From contig OZ024745.1 of assembly GCA_964016885.1 (NCBI GenBank), positions 46,500,001 through 46,564,000 of the forward strand: a stretch of DNA of 64,000 bases, given 5' to 3'. Below are positions 24,798-36,945 of this stretch, piece after piece. Position 1 is the stretch's first letter. Every line of letters starts with the position of its first letter. This stretch comes from Eledone cirrhosa (lineage: Eukaryota). Under the pieces are notes generated by a model. That model made no database searches, had not been told where the DNA came from, and was given only the letters and a program-made list of their open reading frames with translations. Made by a program: the position numbers and the translations under genes.

Positions 24798-25329
24798 TAT
24801 ATGATAATGGTTATATAGATATCATTCAGTTGATGATTCTCTTCATTTATACTTGGAGTTTCATGCACTTAAGGTACATGTACGATTAGTCAGCCAACAT
24901 ATGATGAATGATTGAAGTTGTTTCTGCAATGCTACCTTTTTGGTCAAGGTGGGTCACATGATAGAATATATAGCAGGTCAGAAACAATACTGGCTGGATG
25001 TCTGATGTAAGAGAAGTTTCCAAGTACAGACCTACAAAACCATGTATTTTCAGGCGATAATAATTGGATATCTCCAATTAAATGATATTGCTGGCTATTT
25101 TAATATCTGGACCTTTTTTGAGTTCAATAAAGCTTGCAGTCTCATGATCCATTTAAGTAAAAAGTAGCTTTATTGACATTGCCCCATGTTATTGGCGGGT
25201 GCTCCACTCCAGATAAATTAGGACAAGTATGTGGAGTATTCTCTGTGTCTTAACCTGAGTGAGTATAGATGCTGATAATGGCTTTTGAAAATGTTTACAG
25301 TATCTCCCATATAATTTCTTTCAATACCA

Positions 25330-26070
25330 TTCTGTACTATTGTATTCATCTGAGACATAGACGTTGTACACACAGCATGTTAAAATGCTGGCGCAGTTTC
25401 ATCAAAAATACCCCTGGCATATACTCAAAATAAGCTAGAACACATTTGTTCCAGACACTGAGATTCTTGCTAGGGCAAAAGTGGGAATCAGTTAAGATGG
25501 ACAGGTCATATGATTCATATGGGTGACAGATGCAGCCCTAAGAAAATGTTTTATGGTGAACTCAAACTGGGCAAAAGGTTAAATAGTAAGCCAAGGAGGA
25601 GATACAGATACTCTCTAAAAGCGAACTTAAAAGGCCTTAACATATCCTACAAAAATCTTGAATCATGTGCAGTAGAGTGGCCTGGAGAAATGCCATTTGA
25701 AATGGAGAGGGTAAAACATGCAGAACTGAAATGAAAAGTGCAGAAGAATGAGACCAACATTAATAATGAATTTTATCCAGCATTGCTTTTCAAATGCTGT
25801 GTGTACCCTAAAGTGTGCCTTTCGAATGCTGGCTTGAAGTCACATCATTGAGTGTGACTTCAAGCCAGCATTGACTAATCAAACTTTGTTTCAGAGAATC
25901 AGTTTCAGTGCCACGTTTATCAAAAAATTTGTAAATCAGGTGGTGGATTGAAGCGACATCTGAACATACACAATAAACAAACCCCAAATGGAAACAAGAA
26001 CAAAATGAGACATTGTATTATTTGTTTAACAGACTTTTAGGACTCAAAAGACATTTGAGATCTCATGCCA
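25330..26070 (+). mobile_element. RTE/BovB-like LINE 3' fragment with C-terminal C2H2-like fingers
   Basis: LYSSET, VPDTEILARA, RWTGHMIHMGDRCSPKKMFYGELKLGKR, then KICKSGGGLKRHLNIH. Confidence 0.75.
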
Positions 26071-26315
26071 GGAATAGTTGTACGTTTCCTTTCATGCCAC
26101 ATATCTGATGGTTGGCAAATATATGATGAATAGTTATGACGTGTGTATGTATTCATCAATGTATTTTTTATCATACACAGAGCCTTGTTAGCAAAACTTT
26201 ATAACAAATACTTTCCTCGGGACCACTGCATGGTGGGGAAGTTGGCTCAGTTCCTGTTTGTTAGGGATTATTGTTTAGAAACATGCAAGCTAAATATGTT
26301 TTTATTTTGTTTCAG

Positions 26316-26570
26316 GCATTACAAGCTGAAAGACTTGAAAACCAAATGAACTTTAAGCGTGCTGTTTTGGAATATCAAACTCAAAAAGACATTGCTGCTC
26401 AAAGTGCACTTGCTCAAGCACGAGCTGAAATGCAAGATAAAATTGACAGCGTAGCTTTAGTTTCTGGGGATAAAGTTACATATGCTGTGGCTTGGACACA
26501 TCAAAATTCACAGGGTAACATGGACAGTATCATTGATGATGTAGAAGAGTTAGAAAAAGAGAAAGATTGA
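26316..26570 (+). CDS. DEAF1: DEAF1 exon 7 (terminal; helical extension and acidic tail, no MYND)
   Basis: ttttgtttcag acceptor in phase 0. ALQAERLENQMNFKRAVLEYQ...EELEKEKD* followed immediately by AATAAA (26571-26576). The seven exons sum to 1389 nt in frame. Confidence 0.85.
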   Translation, partial: ALQAERLENQMNFKRAVLEYQTQKDIAAQSALAQARAEMQDKIDSVALVSGDKVTYAVAWTHQNSQGNMDSIIDDVEELEKEKD

Positions 26571-28499
26571 AATAAATTATATTGTATCATTTATCTAACA
26601 AACCCAGTTACTCATGATCATAAAATATTTCTTTTTATAATCATTTTATTAATCAAATCTGTTGATATCTGTTCTGGATATTTGATATATGTGCAAGTAT
26701 ATACAATCATGTATATGTGAATATGCAGTTTCAGGTATAATATACTATTGCCAATATCCAACTATTAATATCTAAGTTAACACTCTTCTCATTAACTTTC
26801 ATATTTATTCCATCTCTAGAAATAAGTGATTATAATAACTGGGAGGAAATCATTTTTATTTTACATTTTATTATTACATTTCATAGGTTTTGTGAAAGGT
26901 TTTTGGTGATAGGGATGGTATCCAGCCGTAGAAAAACTGCCAAACAAAAGGTTGGAAGGGCTTCAGCTGTGTCAAAGGCATGAAAACCCCCCTAATGTTG
27001 GTGCCATGATAAAATGTATTTGGATGTTAAATGAGGATGAGGCTTTGTGTTTTGAAAAGCAAATTTATTGCTCAAATTTACACTACTCTGTCCATCAGAA
27101 AACAGTCACACTCATCTTCCAAAGTTAAATCATTAATTAGGATTAGGAATTTCATCTAATTGTAGAAAAAATGAAAACCACTTTTCCATCTCTTGCAAAT
27201 ATACATATTTGCAGTCATCCCACTTGTTTGTTAAAGGTTAAGCAATATATGAAAGAGAGTTGTCTTTACACTTAAAAGTTCATGTACACCATGAATGATG
27301 TGGTTTCTATGTTGGGAAACCTACTGCAGATCTCACCTACAAATCTTGTGACCTGTCTTCAGAACAATATTGATGTGTTGACTAAGTAATAGTCTCTCTC
27401 TCTCATAATCATTACTTTATGTTCACTTTCCTGCCAAGGTTGACTTTGCCTTTCATCCTTACGGGGTCGATAAAATAAAGTACCAGTAATGAACTGGGTA
27501 ATTGCTGGCCTTGTGCCTAAAGTAGAAACAATTACTTTATGTCCACTTTACTATGCTGACCTGAGTTACAGATTAATTCAGTACTTAATCAGAGCTACTG
27601 TCTCTGAAGGACCATGTCTTTCTCAATATATTTCTTTTTTGGCATTATTTCCACAGTTGGATACTCTTTTTAGTACCACCTGCTTTGCAGAGTATACCAA
27701 GTGTATTTTATCATGGTATTAGCACTAGAGGCTAAAGAGTCCTCTCTACTTCATGTTCTCATCATTCAAATGCCATCCAATTTGTGTGCACTAATTGCAT
27801 TGTATAGTGGCACCAACACCAAAGGGTTATCTTTTTCCAAGGCAAACATGATTGAGAGTGAAACTAGAAAAGGAGTAATGGTGGGGGGAAGATGAATGAT
27901 GACTGGTGGGTTGACAGAATGATGGGATGGTATGGAGGAGAGAACGAGTGAAGGCTACATGTTGATTTGTTGGCAGGATATTGAATAGGCAGCTGCTAGA
28001 GGAACATAAAGGGATGAGTGACAAGTGTTGAAAAGCAAAGTTGGCTTCAGTGGGATTTGAACTCGGAAAGTAAAGAGCTGAAACAAATTCTATTAAACAT
28101 TTGTCTGATGCTCTAACAACTCTGTAACAAACCACTGCCCTATAGTAATAATGAGTGATGGTAAAGGGATTGAGGATAGACAGGCCAAATGCTACACCTC
28201 ACTACATGGTAGTTGTATAGAGGATAGGATAGAGGGAAGGGAAATTAACATAAGCATATTGGGCCCCTTCCATGTTCTGATGAGCAGGTCATCTTCAGTA
28301 TCATGTTGCCAATCATTACGGTCCTTTGTCATATCTGTCATGTGGTTGATCTTTACTATTCTGTCTCATATCTTACTGGGTCTACTTCTATGCTCTTAGT
28401 GCATATTATCCTTGTGCATCTGCTGCATAAAATGTCTACATTCTCAGCTAGCCTGCTTCTGATTCCTCTAAATTTCTTGTACCTTATGACCCTTTCTAC

Positions 28500-29280
28500 C
28501 CCCTCCTTTTTTTAATATTGAGCAATGTCTTCTTTCCTACTTATTGAAACATTACTGTTTGCTGAGTTTACTTTCAAGCAATCAGTTCCATGTTTTGCTT
28601 CCATGTCTGAAATTTCATCTAACTTTTCTCAAGATTCTGCAATAAAGACTTGATTATCAGCATATAGTAGTTCCCACAGACAGCTAATTTTAAATTCCAC
28701 TAAGGAGATCCCTTGTATGCTAAATTCATCGCTGTACTCATTGCCAAATTTCACCTTGCTGGCTGCACCTCTGTACATACTTTGTACGTCTTTCACAAGT
28801 GATTCATCAACTCATAATTTTCTTAGCAACTACCACATTACAGAATGGGACCCTGTGAAAGGCTTTCTCCAATTTGCTGAACGAGGCTGACATTTAACTA
28901 AATACTTTTACAAATGTCTCACAAGGAAAAGGCATCAGGTGTACTGCCTTCCAACTCAGCTGAGCTGCATAGATCCCTAATTAGTTGGGTTATAACTCTT
29001 TCAGGAAATTCATAACCACTATCAACTTGATGTTTTTGTAGTTAAATCTCTCTAGAGCATTTCTTTGCCCATTTAGCAATTAACTGCATTAGTATGAGGC
29101 CATCCTCTATTATGTGATTGACTAGTGAATAACTTTACAATACCAGATATTTTTAGCATCTTGGCAACTATACCTGACAATCCAGCTACCTTCATATCTT
29201 TAATCACTTTATTTACCTTACTGATAACTCTGATAGCTGGTCCCTCACTTGGGTCTACTTGGGTCTACTTTCCCATTTAT
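28500..29280 (-). mobile_element. Decayed RTE family B fragment
   Basis: Reverse complement resembles 12720-13530 (VEGPAIRV, EKAFHRVP and KHGSKTWN-type remnants). Confidence 0.65.
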
Positions 29281-29348
29281 TTTCCTCATTCAACAATCTT
29301 TTGTAATATATATATATATAACAATGTATTGTTGAATGAGGAAAATAA

Positions 29349-29396
<48 letters not shown>

Positions 29397-30617
29397 GTGT
29401 ATGTATGTCTTTTTCATTAAAATATTTTTTTTTTTATTTTTAAAATGTTTAATATTTTCAGTTAATTTGTTATTGGGGGTGATATATTGTTAATTACCCC
29501 CAATTGTTCAAATATTTTAAGTATCAACCTGTTTGAAAACATTTTATGAAAACATCATAACAGTATATTGAGAAAATTAAACATTTCTGTCTCAATCTCA
29601 TGGGATTTACTTATATTGCAATCTGTAAAAATTTGGAAAATTGCATGTTTTAATGTTTAATCATATTTTTTGTTTGTTTAATATGATTCATTTAACTTTG
29701 GCTTTTATTTTTATAGCCATTTCTTCATCCTGGCATATGTGAAAAGGTTTATTTTATAAATTTTCTATATTCTAGTATTAATACCTGACTGCATCGTGGC
29801 TATGAGGTTCTGGTGTTCACACTACTGACTATACGGTTGTGAGTTGAAACCTTGTTAGAACTATTTATTGTGCCTCTAAGCACATTTGTCGATCTGACAA
29901 CAAATATAACTCTTCAAAGTTGCATGATTTAGTGATAGGAAGGTCAACTTGCTCCAAATTATGTAAATAATATATATTTATAACACCATTCTGTCTGTAC
30001 TAAAATTAAAATGAGGCAGGGGAAATTCTATCACTTTTCTCATGCAATGTGAGACTATGTAGACAAACTGTTTGGAAGCCTGTCAGATGGTTTGTACCGC
30101 TAATTCAAAGGGCCAGTCTTATCACACACTCTGCCATTCTGAATCTCCTTGAGAATTATGTTAAAGGTATGTGTGTCCATGGAGCCTTAGCTATTTACAT
30201 GTTAATTTCATGTGCAGGCTGTTCCATGGATCGAACAACTGGAACACTCATCATCGAAACTGGATGTCCATTCATTGATTCAGTTTTAATAATATAATAG
30301 TGAAAAGGGCAGGTTGTATTATTTTACTTGAATGGTGCTGAGCTGGAAATTGAGACCTTTTTTTTTTTTGTTGTTGTCTGCTGGATTCCTGTTTTAAAAA
30401 GAAGATAACTTTATGTCAAACTATATTTAAAGATATATTGTGTGATAGGAGTTGAATGAAATGTTCTTCAATGTTATATTTGTTGCATTAATTTATCTTT
30501 TGTGAAGTTAGTTTGCCATTTAAAATGTATTCTTAAATTTGTATTCCAAGAAAAGACACTTTTTCACAAAATCTATGCAATATTAAATTAAATCCTAAAA
30601 TATTTATTCTATCTTTT

Positions 30618-32360
30618 TCATCATCATTTAACGTCCACTTTCCCTGCTAGCAAGGGTTGGACAGCTCTTCACAGACCGAAGCTATATTGAAGTGGGGCCA
30701 CTGATCTCCCAGACAGATTGAGGGTTTTCATCTTGCTTACAAATGGTTCTACATTCTACCAAGTGCATTTTATCGTGGCACCAGCACTAGAGAGGTTGTC
30801 ATGTCTTTAACATAACTGGAAGGTCCTCCCAAGCTTTCTATGGCTGGATGCCCTTCCTAACACCAACCACTTTGTGTACTGGGTGCTTTTATCATGTAGG
30901 TCATTGACACTAGGGTGATTGTCATGCCCTTGACATAACTGAAGTCTCCTCTCAACTCTTTTAGGCATGGTTTCTACAGCAGAGTGCCCTTCCTGTTGCC
31001 AAACACCTCACTGGGTGTACCAGGGGCATCTTGGCACCAGGATACACAGAGGGTAGCTACAAGGGTGCAATAATGAGGTATCTAAGGGCTTTAAAGGAGG
31101 GGGTACTTTAAGAGTGGTTCTGGAGGAGGCATGAGTGGTGAGGATAGCTACTTGGGAGTACTGGTGGCAAGGAAGGGCTGACATAGATCATCAGATCATA
31201 TTGTATTATATGCTTGTGACCTGATCTTCATTATAGCATAGTGCCAGCCCTCTCAATCCTTTGTCATCTCAGTTGTGAGACTTAGTTTCTTAGGGTTGAT
31301 CTTTACTACCTCATCCCAAGTGTTCCTGGGTGTGCTTCTTCCACAGGTTCCATCTACTGGGATTTTTCTGCATTTCTTTATGCAGCTGCTATCATCCATA
31401 TGCATCACATGTCCATACCAGTGCAGTCTTCTCTCTTGCACACTACATCCAATTCCTCTTATGTTCACTCTGCTACATCATTCATGCACACTAACATTCA
31501 CATGCATCAGAGCATACTAGCTTCATTTCTTTCCAGTTTTCATAGGTCTTATGCCGTCAAAGCCCATGTAGCATTGCAGCTCAGAGAAAAGCCCCTTAAT
31601 GTCAGCAGAGGTATCAGCTCTCTAAACTTCTTCCTGCCTTGTTCTGAACTTGGCTATCAGACTGTCAGTGCATCCTGCACCAACTACTAATTAGAATGCC
31701 TGAGTAACAAAAGCTATTGACAACTTCTAGGGAGATCCCCTGGCAAATGAAGGAATCTACTTCATGTGTGTTCTTAAAGTTTATCTTTTCTGTTAATCTG
31801 CTTTTGATCCCGCTACATCTCTTGTGCATCCATAGAATACATTGTGTGCACCCAAAAGTTTTGCACCCCTCTTTCTGACATATTGGACAAGGCCTCTTCC
31901 CTGATAGTATTACTCTCCTGTTCTCTTTCTTATTAACACTTTTGACTTTGCTAAGTTTACGTTTAGGCCTTTCAACTTTACGTTCTGTCATGCTTGAAAT
32001 GTTGTCCCTCACTCTCCTATGGACTTAGCTATGAGGACTAGGTCATCAGCATGTAAGAGCTTCATGGAATGCAAGTTTTAAATTCCTTTGATGGCCTGGA
32101 GGACAATGATAAACAGGACTTCAAATTCATCACTGTACTCATTTCCAATTTTCACTCTGTTTGGTTGCTCCTTTATACATGGTCTGCATGGCACTCACAA
32201 GCCATTCATCTACATAAGTTTCCACCAGATTACAGAGTGTGGGAACCTGTCAAAGGACTTCTCCATATCTACAAAATCCAGATACAGTGACTTACTCTCA
32301 GCTAAGTACCTCTCTCACCAGAAAGAGAGTATCAGTAGTACCCCTGCATCTCATCTTGAT
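30618..32360 (-). mobile_element. RTE family B copy (RT C-terminal half, PHD-like insert, 3' tail)
   Basis: ORFs 31665-32012 (RPCPICQK...CTQCILWMHKRCSGI) and 31253-31468 (RRLHWYGHVMHMDD). Tail and (cat)n at 30618-31050. Confidence 0.85.
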
Positions 32361-32364
32361 TAAA

Positions 32365-33030
32365 CTGCATGCTTAGCAGTTGCAGAGTACTGTTCACGGG
32401 TCTGGACAGAGAGCTGCCGTGCCAAGCAAGTTGACACCATTCTCAACTTGGCAATAGTATCTGGCACACTGAAATCTTCACCTACTCAGAAGCTGCCTAC
32501 CTTTTGACATCTAGCACCTTCTCACATGCGCTATCAGGAGATGATCCGGGAAGCAGCAATTCTTACCAATCCAAGCCTGACTTTCCCATCCATGAAGACC
32601 TAAAAAACATTCCCAACATGTGCTTGAAATCATTGCAAACGATTCAAGGAATCAATGAAGACCTTTCAGGACAATAACTTTGATTTGAAGGAAGAGTCGC
32701 TAAGATCATGGAATGAGTTCAAATTTATCAATCAAGACTTCATCCAGGACCTCACATCTAAACCAGCTAGCTTTGACCTTCCTAGAAAACAATGGATGTC
32801 CCTTAATTGGATCTGCACAACACATGCCAGAACAGTCCATCATCTCCATCGATGGAAAATGAAAGACAGCCCAGCATGTGACTGTGAGGACTCTGACCAG
32901 ACAGTGCTGCATATTTGTTGGATTGCCCCATCAGACATTTTCATGGAGGTAATCCATAATACTACAAATGATGCCTTAGTCTGGCTCACCAATCTGAATT
33001 TGTCTCTAACCATTGTGCATGTGTCATATG
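32365..33030 (+). mobile_element. I/Ingi-group-like LINE 3' fragment with CCHC knuckle
   Basis: AEYCSRVW, SGTLKSSP and FDLPRKQWMSLNWI...WKMKDSPACDCEDSDQTVLHI. Clade assignment is tentative. Confidence 0.7.
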
Positions 33031-35842
33031 TCAAGAAGTTGCTTGATCCTTCTTTTTTCCCCCTCATTTCTGTTCCCTTTAATAGTGTGTTTTGTTTTTA
33101 TTCGATACTGCTCAATTATTTTTATATAAGGTCAATGGCTTTTCATGGAATGAATAAATTTATAATTAAAAAGAAAGAGATCAACATAAACCTTTCATTG
33201 TCAGACGCATATGAGCTATCTAGCATTTAAACGTTTAATTCCACAAATCATGTTTATAAAAATCTGTTGCGATATAAACTTAAATAAATACAGAGAAGCT
33301 GAAAATGAGTACCAGCAGCAATAGCTTGGGAGTTAGCCCTGTTATGGACTGGCATCCTATCCTATTCATATCCTGTACTCTCAGTCGCTTCACGCCATGG
33401 AAACCGGGATAAGCACCGGCATGATTAGCCTCCGGGCACGAAACACGATAATATATATATATATACTACTCAGCACAAAAGCTTATATAGTAAACAAGGG
33501 GAAATACTCTGTAAAATATAAAAAAATTACCCCCCATCTAACTTTTAACCCGAGAAAGTAACTAAAGCAAATATCAAACGGTTTATCGCAAGATGGTGTT
33601 TGAAATTAATAAAATATCATATTTTTAAATGTGAAAAATGTAACTGAAATTTTAAATATAATGACTCAATACAAAAGAAAATGATTAATGCTGTTTCAAA
33701 TAAAGCATTGGGTCACATTTTACACTTTTGCCTTATATTTCATCCATAGGCCTTTAACTTCAAATGGAATCATAGAACTACTGTCGTGATATACAGCGTG
33801 TCTTCAGAGTTTTAAAACCTGCTGGATTCCATTGCTCTCCAGGTCTGACTGAGCACTGTCGATTTCTTCCAGAGAGAGAACAATCGATTTCTATACTGTA
33901 TATTTTAAAAAATGAGAATTTTAATGCTTAGTGTGACTCCATTTAACACAGAGACCTCCACTTATTTATATTTTCACTGTTGATACAAACATTTTCCTCA
34001 GTCCAACATCACTGAGCTATAAAAGTGATTCAAATTATGTGTTTATACTTCAATTAAAATATTTCCTCATAATTTTATCTAAGAGCCTGTGTTATGTTCC
34101 AAATATCAGACTAATAATGAAGAATTCAATTGTTTAACTAATTCCTCCAAATTCTTGGTTATTTTTATGTAGAAACAAAAAGGCTAATCACGGATGTTCT
34201 TACATAGTGTTCTATCTCGTCACTAGTCGTGCTTGAAATAGAAGTAAAATCTCCTCCTTCAAGTCACATTCTCCATTAAAATTATAATTTTTAAAATACG
34301 CATTAGATAATATAGCCCGCATTACACTGTACCTAAAAATCGACAGGGTGGTCAAAACTTGAACGCTTTTGATCGTATGTCTGCTCAATGAGAGCAGACT
34401 TGGAGATAACTTCCACCCCACCAACAAAACTTTGATTAGTCATGTGGCCTGAAGGGGTGCAATGGAACGAATACCAGTAGTATTATGAGGAGAATTAACC
34501 GAGTGCCTTCTCCCCTTCTATAAACGTGTGCAATTGTTCCCATCAATATGTATCTCTTATATTTGTTGAGATGTCTAACATATCTACAAAATGGTACATA
34601 CAATTAATTATTGCTAAAAACCTCACAAATATAATGCACAAAAATATGATCAAAGCGAGACACCCCCTCCCCCCCAAAACACAAAAAAAAAACAACCATC
34701 AATTCACCACCAAGCGCGACAATCGTTCGCACACTACAAGGGTCGATGGAAAGTTTGGAAGGCGAGAGTTTCATATCTGTAATTTATAGCTATATAAGGA
34801 GTACAAGGTGAAATATTTGGTGGAAAGGAGTATAGTTGACTCGATATCACGGTCGTTTGCTTTATCGATTCTGGATAGGGTGAAAGGTCAAATGAATTCG
34901 AATGAAATTTGAACTCAAGCAACGTACCTAAACATTGTAAGGCATTTAATCGAATGGTATATTGAGCCCCACCCAAATAAATATATATATATGAAGCTGG
35001 CAAGAGCGAAAGAATATTTCTTTAGTCTACCCCTTTCGCCTGCTTTTTGTTGTGTGGTCCTAGATGTGTGTATTACCTGCTTATGTATTTTATTTTATTT
35101 CCCTTTTCTTTCTCTTTTTATTTGTAATATTCTGATGACGGTGATGTTGACAAATAAAGTTTAACTTTAAACAAGTTAAATATTTATTCAAGTTTTTATT
35201 TTTCTAAAGTGAGTATACATTATTATTATTTTTTTTTTTTTGTGGACTATGTTTTATATGGTTCCAATAAAATGTTAAAATTTTGGCTTGTTGATTCTGC
35301 AACACAACACCAATTCCAAAGTGAATCCAGTTCACTTTTGAATTAATCCATTGAGAAAGCATTAGAGTTAGTGTATTTACCTTATACACAATCTACAACA
35401 AATCTAGATGCTTACATTCAGTAATACATATTTTCAACACTAGTACACAATCCATAAAGCCGGTAGATTTGGCAAAGTCGTTAGTGTTGGGATATTTGTT
35501 TCTTGTTTCTATGTTCTGTGTTTAAATATCGCCGATGTTTACTTTGCCTTTCATCATTTCAGGGTCGATAAAGTATTAGCTCAGTAATGGCGCAGCCTTG
35601 ACTCCCTACAGCTGTCACATCCTGGATGTTTCGCTGGAAGAAAGGAGGGAGGGACAAAGGTATGTGTGTGTCTACTCGTGCATGAATGGGTACGTAAAAG
35701 GTTTAGTGAAAGCACAGGTAAATACTATCAGGTCATACTAGATTACAGGTGAATGCTATGGTACATAACCCATGTTTTCATTGTTTTATGGGCAGAACAA
35801 GTAATATTCGGTTTCTTAATAATGTTTGTAGGTATATTTAAT

Positions 35843-36232
35843 ATATAATTGTTTCTACTTTTGGCACAAGGCCAGCAATTACCCAGTGCATTACTGGTAC
35901 TTTATTTTATCATCCCCGTAAGGATGAAAGGCAAAGTTAACCTCGGCGGGATTTGAACACAGAATGGCAAGGGCCGTAACTCTATGCGTCAAAGCATGGC
36001 GTCCAACCTTCTACCGACACTGCCAATCCACCGCCTAATATATAATATAATTGTTTCTACTTTTGGCACAAGGCTAGCAATCACCCAGTACATTACTGGT
36101 ACTTTATTTTATCGACCCTGTAATGATGAAAGGCAAAGTTGACCTCGGTGGGATTTGAACTCAGAAAATGGAAAGGGCCGTAACTCTATGCGTCAAAGCA
36201 TGACGTCCGACCCTCTACCGATACTGCCAATC
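35843..36232 (-). mobile_element. Head-to-tail tandem dimer of the tRNA-derived SINE (~200 bp x 2)
   Basis: ataattgtttctacttttggcacaagg...ctgccaatc occurs at 35845-36029 and 36047-36232 with high identity. Confidence 0.85.
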
Positions 36233-36250
36233 AATATATATATATATATA

Positions 36251-36616
36251 CTCACGGGTCCCAAATAATATGGGGGGGGGGAGCATTTGCTTAAATTCTT
36301 ATAAGCGGGGGTGGAATAAACGGGGGGGGGGGGGGGGGGGATCAGTAGTTGTATAGTGTACGTTCGTAAATATGAGATTTCTTGTACTGTTCTTTTGTTG
36401 TCATATACAATGTTTTTTTAAATATAAAATAAAATAATTAGATTCTCCAGCTGCTGTATCGATATGAATCACTTACAATAAAATTTCGCCGGAGATGGAT
36501 TAGCAAAATTTAATAAGCGTGGGGTTTGGAATAAAAGCGGGCGAGGTTGGAAAAAATGTGGAAAATTAATAAGCGGTGGCGGGGGAAGAGGGGCACGATT
36601 ATTCAAAACCTGAGAG
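36251..36616. mobile_element. TA-flanked MITE with poly-G tracts and aataagcgg repeats
   Basis: Degenerate TIRs ctcacgggtcccaaataa / ttattcaaaacctgagag within (TA)n flanks. Confidence 0.6.
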
Positions 36617-36945
36617 TATATATATATATATATAGAGAGAGAGATTTCTTTTATAACTGAAAGCATTATAAAACATTAGAATAATTTCCCCCACCCATAT
36701 TTGTTTTACATGTTTTCTATGAATTGTAAATAAAGAATTTAGAACATTTTAACAGATCGTAGTATGTATGTGTGTGTACAGATAGATACAAACACTGTAA
36801 AGTTAAATAATTCTAAAATAAAATAAAAATTGAGTTTGGAGAAAGAAGGAATACCTGCAAAATGATATAATAAAGGAATGAAGATTTTAGAAGAATTATT
36901 TTCATTCATAGAAGTAGAGAACAATAATCGAGACTTTTAAAGAAG

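Noticed and set aside
29716-29746. Extra DEAF1 exon after a ttttatag acceptor
   Set aside because: Short, reaches a stop in the phase matching the cryptic exon-7 donor, and has no MYND-like Cys pattern.
33810-33895. Exon-like minus-strand segment sharing a 17-mer (tctctctggaagaaatc) with 45160
   Set aside because: The match is short and partly low-complexity, with no convincing splice pair or protein motif.
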